Source of the DNA: Gammaproteobacteria bacterium
GTDB lineage: Bacteria; Pseudomonadota; Gammaproteobacteria; HK1
Direction of reading: 5' to 3'
DNA length: 64,000 bases
Assembly: GCA_009937425.1 (NCBI GenBank)
Contig: JAACFO010000006.1
Coordinates: forward strand, 5,196-69,195
This document shows positions 58,808 through 64,000 of the stretch, in pieces. Under the pieces are notes generated by a model. It saw only the letters and a program-made list of their open reading frames with translations, was not told the origin of the DNA and searched no databases. The position numbers were made by a program, and so were the translations under genes. Numbering within the stretch: the first letter of the stretch is position 1; the number at the start of each line of letters is the position of its first letter.

Positions 58808-61123
58808 ATGAGCGATCAGAAAACAGAATACGAGATCAGTCCCGCGACTTACGAGTGGACCGCACGGCTGTTCACTCTGTTGCGAAAGGTTCTCGCGGTT
58901 AATTTTAAACTGCATCACCGCGAAGCCCAGATCGCGGATGGCGACATTTTTCTTTTCAATCATTTTGCACGCTTTGAAACTTTCATCCCCCAATACCTCA
59001 TCTATTTGGAAAGTGGCGCATACTGTCGGTCCATCGCCGGCAGGGAGTTTTTCGTCGACGGCGATCCCTTTTCCAACTATCTGACACGCGTCGGCGCGGT
59101 ACCCGATGATCTTCCGGATCTTCTGCCTTTTCTTGCCAAAGAGATCCTCAGGGGCCGCAAAGTCATGGTATTTCCCGAAGGAGGCATGGTGAAGGATAAG
59201 CGCGTGCTGGATCCGCGGGGTTCGTACAGCGTTTATTCGCGAACCGCCGAGGTGCGCCGCAAGCAGCACACCGGCGCGGCCGTGTTGGGATTGGCATTGG
59301 AGGCATTCAAACGAGCGGTGCTGGCTGCTTATGAAGCGGGCCACTCGCGCCGCATCGATTCCTGGGCGGAATCGCTCGAACTCGAGAGCGGTCAGAAACT
59401 ACTCGATGCTGCCCGGCGCCCGACGCATATCGTGCCGGCAAACATCACTTTTTATCCTATCCGGGTAAGCGACAATCTATTGCGCCAGGGCGCTGAGCTC
59501 CTCAGCAGAGGATTGAGCAGGCGTTTGTCAGAAGAACTGCTAATCGAAGGAAACATCCTGCTGCGCGATACCGACATGGACATCCGCTTGTGTAAGCCCG
59601 TGCGGGTGTCGAATTGCTGGCATTGGTGGGAGCGGCGCCTCCTGGAGCGTGTCGCTCCCCGATTGGGTTCTCTCGGCGAGGCCTTTGCCCTGAGGCCCGA
59701 TGCCGGTCGTTGGGATCGACGCCTGCTGGCGCGGCGTTTGCGGCGCAACGCCATGCGCTTGCGCGACGACTACATGCACCGGATGTACATGGGAGTCACG
59801 GTAAATTTGAGTCATCTGGCATCCAGCCTGGTGCTCGGTTTGGTAGATCGCAAGTACGATGTCATCGAGGAATCACGTTTTCACCGGATGCTTTATGTGG
59901 CCGTCAAGCGTCTGCAGTCCGAGGCAGAAGTCCATCTTCATCGCAGCTTGCGCAACCCGCAGAACTACGGTGGTTTGCTGGATGACGAATGCACCGGCCT
60001 CGAGCAGTTTCTGGGAAACGCTTCGAGGACGGATCTAATTTATCGCGATGGCGGTGAGTACCGGTTCCAGCCGAAATTGCGCGCCGAGCACGCATTCGAC
60101 GAGATACGGCTGGAGAATCTCGTCGAAGTTTACGCAAACGAGGCAGCGCCGATTCGCGGTGTTGGATACGCAATCAGAGAAGCGCTGGACGGCGCCGATT
60201 TGCTGACAGGGGAAACGCTAGTGAGACTGCGCTTTGATGATGAATTGATCGCCTACGAGTGGGATCGCCAGCAGTTTTCGAAGCCACGACATCGTGAGAT
60301 CAACGATGCCGAAACCGCGACCGAGAGCGGCGAACCATTCTTGTTGATGCCGCCAAACCCTCGTCCACTGGGCGTGGTGCTGGTGCACGGATTCCTTGCT
60401 TCGCCGGCGGAGATGCGCGAATTCGGCGAGCAGTTGTTCGAACTCGGGTTTCCGGTGCTGGGCGTAAGACTCAAAGGCCATGGCACGTCCCCGTGGGACT
60501 TGCGCGAGCGCGGGTGGCAGGACTGGCAAGACTCGGTGCGCCGCGGTTTCTCCATCATGGCGGAGCTCGCGCCGCGCACCGCGCTGGTGGGATTTTCCAC
60601 CGGCGGCGCGTTGTCGTTGATTCTCGCCGCCGAGCGCCCGGCCCGGCTCGCCGGGGTGGTGGCGGCGTCGGTCCCGATGAAGTTTCAGGATCGTGGCATG
60701 CGCTTCGTGCCATTGGTGCACGGGGCCAACCGTCTGGTGCGATGGGTGTCGTCTTTCGAGGGAATAAAACCGTTTCAGAGCAACGAATCCGAACACCCGC
60801 ACATCAATTATCGTCAGATGCCGGTGCGTGGCTTGTACGAATTGACGGTGCTGGTGGACGCGCTGAAGGCGAGCCTGCCTCAGGTGGCGTGTCCGGTAAA
60901 GCTCGTTCAGGGCAGTGACGACCCGGTGGTAGTGGCCGACAGTGTCAACAGCATCCTCGAGCACCTGGGAGACACGGTGGTGGAGTTGAAGATGATCGAT
61001 TCCCAGCGCCACGGAATCATTAATGAGAATATCGGTGATACGCGCACCACCATCGTGGCGTCACTGGACGCCTGGGCCGATCCCGGGGGTGGCCCCGGGA
61101 ATAGCAATCAGTCCTTGTCGTAG
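58808..61123 (+). CDS. fusion protein: N-terminal PlsC/LPLAT-like acyltransferase domain plus C-terminal alpha/beta hydrolase (esterase/lysophospholipase-like)
   Basis: The N-terminus has FNHFARFE (an HX4D-type motif reading HX4E) and VFPEGGM. The C-terminus has VLVHGF, the nucleophile elbow GFSTGG, GSDDPVV and QRHGI. It starts 9 nt after the CPBP stop. Confidence 0.75.
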   Translation: MSDQKTEYEISPATYEWTARLFTLLRKVLAVNFKLHHREAQIADGDIFLFNHFARFETFIPQYLIYLESGAYCRSIAGREFFVDGDPFSNYLTRVGAVPDDLPDLLPFLAKEILRGRKVMVFPEGGMVKDKRVLDPRGSYSVYSRTAEVRRKQHTGAAVLGLALEAFKRAVLAAYEAGHSRRIDSWAESLELESGQKLLDAARRPTHIVPANITFYPIRVSDNLLRQGAELLSRGLSRRLSEELLIEGNILLRDTDMDIRLCKPVRVSNCWHWWERRLLERVAPRLGSLGEAFALRPDAGRWDRRLLARRLRRNAMRLRDDYMHRMYMGVTVNLSHLASSLVLGLVDRKYDVIEESRFHRMLYVAVKRLQSEAEVHLHRSLRNPQNYGGLLDDECTGLEQFLGNASRTDLIYRDGGEYRFQPKLRAEHAFDEIRLENLVEVYANEAAPIRGVGYAIREALDGADLLTGETLVRLRFDDELIAYEWDRQQFSKPRHREINDAETATESGEPFLLMPPNPRPLGVVLVHGFLASPAEMREFGEQLFELGFPVLGVRLKGHGTSPWDLRERGWQDWQDSVRRGFSIMAELAPRTALVGFSTGGALSLILAAERPARLAGVVAASVPMKFQDRGMRFVPLVHGANRLVRWVSSFEGIKPFQSNESEHPHINYRQMPVRGLYELTVLVDALKASLPQVACPVKLVQGSDDPVVVADSVNSILEHLGDTVVELKMIDSQRHGIINENIGDTRTTIVASLDAWADPGGGPGNSNQSLS

Positions 61124-63654
61124 CGGTTTTTCAGGCGTTGCACGTGTTCCCGGGCGCGGTCCAGGGCTTCTTTGGCTTTTTTGCGTTCGTCGCTGCCCTT
61201 TGCCCTTACGGGATCCGGTGGGCTCGCTTTTGCCGCCGATTCCTGTTCCATTTCCCGCATGCGCAGGCTGTGCTCGATGGAGCTTGCTTCGTCGTCGTAA
61301 TCGCCCGACAGCTGAGACTTGATGTCCGACATCATATCCTCGGAAGCCTGGGCTTGACGATTTGATTCCTGCGCCTTGGCTTTTGCGCGTTTACGATCCT
61401 TTTCTTTCGACGCTGCCGAACCGTCGCGGTCGCGCTCCTCGGCGAGCCAGCTCTCAGCCTCTTCATACAGTGTCAGGCGTGTTTCTTCTTCCAATGCCCG
61501 TTGACGTGCCAGGCGTTCTTCCACCAGCAGCTGTGCGCGTTGCGCCTGGGCACGGGCACGTGAAGCGGTGTCGATTTGTTCGCTGGCTTCAGACACCTTG
61601 TCCTCGAAGGTGTGCAGCTCCGTGCGCAAGGCCACCATCGTATTGCTGGGGTCGAAGGGGGCGGCCTCTCCACCCGGGCCTTTAAAAGGCACGACGTTGG
61701 ACGGCGCGGCCCGCCCGGCGGCGTCGTCGCGCTGTACACGATGGGCGGCTTCCAGTCGCCGCTGGGCTTCCTGGCGAGCCGGAGCCGCGCTGCCGCTACC
61801 ACGGCGGGCCTTTTCCTCGGCGGCACGCAGCTTTGCGGAGACGTCTTTCGCCTTGCGCTGCGCTTCGCGCTTGGCATTCTCGGCGCTGCTCAGTTCCTGG
61901 CTGGCTTTGCGCACTGAACTCATGCTGGTGTTGAACTCGGCCTCCAGCTTGCGGCGCTCCGCCAGCAGTCGCGCTTCGGTGCGGGCGCGTAACTGCTGTT
62001 CGGCGATCTCCTGCTCACGGCGAATTCTCTCGGCCTTTTCGGCGGCGGCGCGCTTGGCGGATTCCACTTCGCCGCGGATGCGTTCTGCCTCGCCGGACAT
62101 GGCTGCCCGCGCCTGCGTGATCTGAGCCTCCAGACGGTCGCGTTCTTTTTGGAAGTGCTCCTCGGCATCGGACTGGGCACGCTTGAGATCGTCCATGGCG
62201 CCGGCGGCCTGCAGGAAATCGTTCTGCAGTCGATTTTTCTCCGCCTGCAGGCGCACGTCGGTTTGCTGGCGCAGCTGCTCGACCACCGAATCCGCCTGCT
62301 GGCGCTCGTCGGCCGCCTTGGCGTCCATGGTCCGCACCATGGCTACCAGCTCGAGCTTGCGTCGTTTCGCACTCGCCAGCGCCTCATCGGCCCTGGCCGC
62401 CTCGGCCTCGGCTTTGGCGCGCATTCTCACCCGTTGGCTGTCGCTCATGCCGCTGCCCCTGGCGGCGGCTTCGCGCATCGCCTCGGCCTGGGTCTTGCGT
62501 TGCATGGCGGTGCGGATTTCCGCGTCGGCAATTACCAACTGGCCCTTCAAATCGTCGGCGGAACCACCACGGTCCCCGCGGACATCTTTAGCCATCAATC
62601 CGTCCTCCAAAACGCATACGGAAAATCCCTGCTGGCGGAGCAATATTGCAGCAGCGATGCTGCGCTGTCCGGTATTGCAGCACAATACATAGGGTACCTT
62701 TCGATCGAGCTCTCGGCTACGTCCGCCAACTTCGGCAAGCGGTATGTTCAGGCTGCCCGCCAAGCCGTCGTTACGGTGCTCCTCGGGCAGGCGTACGTCC
62801 AGCCACCGGGCTCCCCGGCTCACGAGCTCGTCGGCCTCGTACCGGCTGATCTGGTCCATGCTGGATTTGCCGGCCAGCTGTGCGAACTGCGCCTTGCTGA
62901 GCCGGCGCAGCCAGCCATCGGATCGCATGGTCACGGTAGTGCGCCGCGCGCCGTTGTCGCCGAGCACCTCTTCTCCGAAGCTGTCGCCGGGGCCCAGATC
63001 GCCCAAGGTGCGCGGCAGAATTTCGCCGGGTGCCCGTCTCGTCAGTGAGCACCGGCCTTCCATCAAGATATAGCAGTAATTGCCTGTTTCGCCCTGGCGT
63101 ATGACCACGTCGCCGGCGTGCACCGGCACGGGCTCGGCGAGTTCCAGAAGGCGCTGCACATTGGCCGGCGGAATGTGGGAGAAGATCTGTGATTTCAGCA
63201 GTCTCGCGATAATCTGGCGGGAGTCCAGCGGGCTGCGGGTGGTGCGGCGGTGGGTGGTCGCGCCGGCGGACGGCTCCTCGAGGATCAGCAGGGCGCTGAC
63301 CCGCGCGCGATCCACGCGCAACAGGCGTACCGCGCCACGGGCGCGGGTGGAATCGAAGTGTGTTTGCAGATGAGAAAGCGGAAATCGCGCTTCCGTCGTG
63401 CCTCCTTTGACGCTGCCCGTAAGCTTCGAGCCGGAGTAGAGATCCAATTGGCCCTGCACCACGTAGTAAGCCTGATCCGAGGTCTTGAAGTTGGTGGAAA
63501 TGTTGTCGCCGGGGTGCAGCTCGGAAACACCGGCGAAGGGTACCAACTGGGAAATGTGGGCTTCAGCCAGGCCGTTCATGGGCACGAAGTGACGCAGCAG
63601 CGTTTCATCGACGCCGAACTGGCCTGCATTAATCGCCTGTGCCTTCGCGCCCAT
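61108..63654 (-). CDS. multidomain protein: degenerate cNMP-binding domain, canonical cNMP-binding domain, rhodanese domain and a long (about 430 aa) charged coiled-coil region
   Basis: The second CNB domain has GDSFGEEVLGDNGARRTTV. The rhodanese active-site loop is CCNTGQRS. The rest is Ala/Glu/Arg/Lys/Gln-rich heptad-like sequence with no TM helix. There is a 16-nt convergent 3' overlap with the previous gene. Confidence 0.75.
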   Translation of the reverse strand: MGAKAQAINAGQFGVDETLLRHFVPMNGLAEAHISQLVPFAGVSELHPGDNISTNFKTSDQAYYVVQGQLDLYSGSKLTGSVKGGTTEARFPLSHLQTHFDSTRARGAVRLLRVDRARVSALLILEEPSAGATTHRRTTRSPLDSRQIIARLLKSQIFSHIPPANVQRLLELAEPVPVHAGDVVIRQGETGNYCYILMEGRCSLTRRAPGEILPRTLGDLGPGDSFGEEVLGDNGARRTTVTMRSDGWLRRLSKAQFAQLAGKSSMDQISRYEADELVSRGARWLDVRLPEEHRNDGLAGSLNIPLAEVGGRSRELDRKVPYVLCCNTGQRSIAAAILLRQQGFSVCVLEDGLMAKDVRGDRGGSADDLKGQLVIADAEIRTAMQRKTQAEAMREAAARGSGMSDSQRVRMRAKAEAEAARADEALASAKRRKLELVAMVRTMDAKAADERQQADSVVEQLRQQTDVRLQAEKNRLQNDFLQAAGAMDDLKRAQSDAEEHFQKERDRLEAQITQARAAMSGEAERIRGEVESAKRAAAEKAERIRREQEIAEQQLRARTEARLLAERRKLEAEFNTSMSSVRKASQELSSAENAKREAQRKAKDVSAKLRAAEEKARRGSGSAAPARQEAQRRLEAAHRVQRDDAAGRAAPSNVVPFKGPGGEAAPFDPSNTMVALRTELHTFEDKVSEASEQIDTASRARAQAQRAQLLVEERLARQRALEEETRLTLYEEAESWLAEERDRDGSAASKEKDRKRAKAKAQESNRQAQASEDMMSDIKSQLSGDYDDEASSIEHSLRMREMEQESAAKASPPDPVRAKGSDERKKAKEALDRAREHVQRLKNRYDKD

Positions 63655-63697
63655 CAGGATGTCTTTGATCTGTTAGGGTTTACGAGTTTAGTTCATG

Positions 63698-64000
63698 TCA
63701 ACCCGGGTTTTGTTGACGGAGTTCAAATTCTGACGGATTGCTCCGGATCCCCGGATCGCCAGTGCTGACGGTCTCGAAGTAGACCAGCAGTGTTTTTTGC
63801 AAGGCATTAAAGTTGTCATCGCTTACCATGAAGAATGTGCGCTCCCGGTGGCGGGTCAGTCCCTCGAAATTATCGATGCTCCAGCCCTGTGACGAATCCA
63901 GAACCGCCAGGGTTTCGACCGGCAGACGCTGTCCGGCGTTCTCGGCGGTGAGCCGCGTGTGGCGCAGCGATATGATCATGGGAAGAAACATCAACCCATG
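63698..64000 (-). CDS. C-terminal part of a phytase-like / esterase-like beta-propeller protein (gene continues beyond the window)
   Basis: The ending ...WSIDNFEGLTRHRERTFFMVSDDNFNALQKTLLVYFE resembles the C-terminal repeat of the phytase-like esterase family (Pfam PF13449, recalled from memory). It is 43 nt upstream of, and co-oriented with, the CNB gene. Confidence 0.45.
   Translation of the reverse strand, partial: HGLMFLPMIISLRHTRLTAENAGQRLPVETLAVLDSSQGWSIDNFEGLTRHRERTFFMVSDDNFNALQKTLLVYFETVSTGDPGIRSNPSEFELRQQNPG

Noticed and set aside
1-64000. Window-wide scan for CRISPR arrays, tRNA or rRNA genes, IS elements or transposases, integrases, prophage genes and toxin-antitoxin pairs.
   Set aside because: I saw none of the following by eye:
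- spaced direct repeats
- cloverleaf-like segments in the few intergenic gaps
- DDE or tyrosine-recombinase motifs in any ORF translation

A computational scan (tRNAscan, Infernal, ISfinder) would be needed to exclude small RNAs.

Overview
This is a 64-kb, high-GC, almost gap-free coding segment of a gammaproteobacterial-type chromosome. Gene order echoes E. coli and Pseudomonas backbones, but the organism cannot be named from sequence alone.

**Positions 1-20 kb.** This is the distal half of the dcw cell-wall and division cluster (murE'-murF-mraY-murD-ftsW-murG-murC-murB-ftsQ-ftsA-ftsZ), tightly coupled by ATGA/GTGA overlaps. It is followed by lpxC, a DUF721/DciA-like gene, an M23 peptidase, secA, argJ and a Nudix-ThiE fusion.

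**Positions 20-47 kb.** These are housekeeping blocks: fdxA...mutS, htpG, prmB-aroC, leuC, tldD, hom-thrC and recJ...prfB-lysS. They are interrupted by accessory-looking inserts:
- an ECF sigma/anti-sigma pair with an acyl-CoA ligase and a thioesterase
- a GAF-HD-GYP protein
- an RpfE-like protein
- a Crp/Fnr regulator with two tiny ORFs
- a PAS-GGDEF protein with a degenerate active site

**Positions 48-64 kb.** This stretch holds:
- a 1088-aa STAND NTPase with a C-terminal SARP module
- a CDF transporter with argG
- a PhoX-like protein
- an M20 peptidase
- a tight dinB-CPBP protease-acyltransferase/hydrolase fusion cluster
- a convergent 848-aa protein combining cNMP-binding, rhodanese and coiled-coil regions
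- a partial phytase-like gene

I saw no rRNA, tRNA, CRISPR array, transposase or integrase.

**Most noteworthy signals:**
- the right-end cluster of unusual multidomain fusions (56.7-63.7 kb)
- the STAND-SARP regulator, which has an 11-bp-phased heptamer repeat upstream
- two long perfect intergenic palindromes (86 nt and 55 nt) that swallow the stop codons of prmB and tldD
- a nitrilase-family protein with two of three catalytic residues replaced
- a prmB gene whose conserved N-terminus has no canonical start codon

All functional calls rest on motif recognition by eye. No database search was run.
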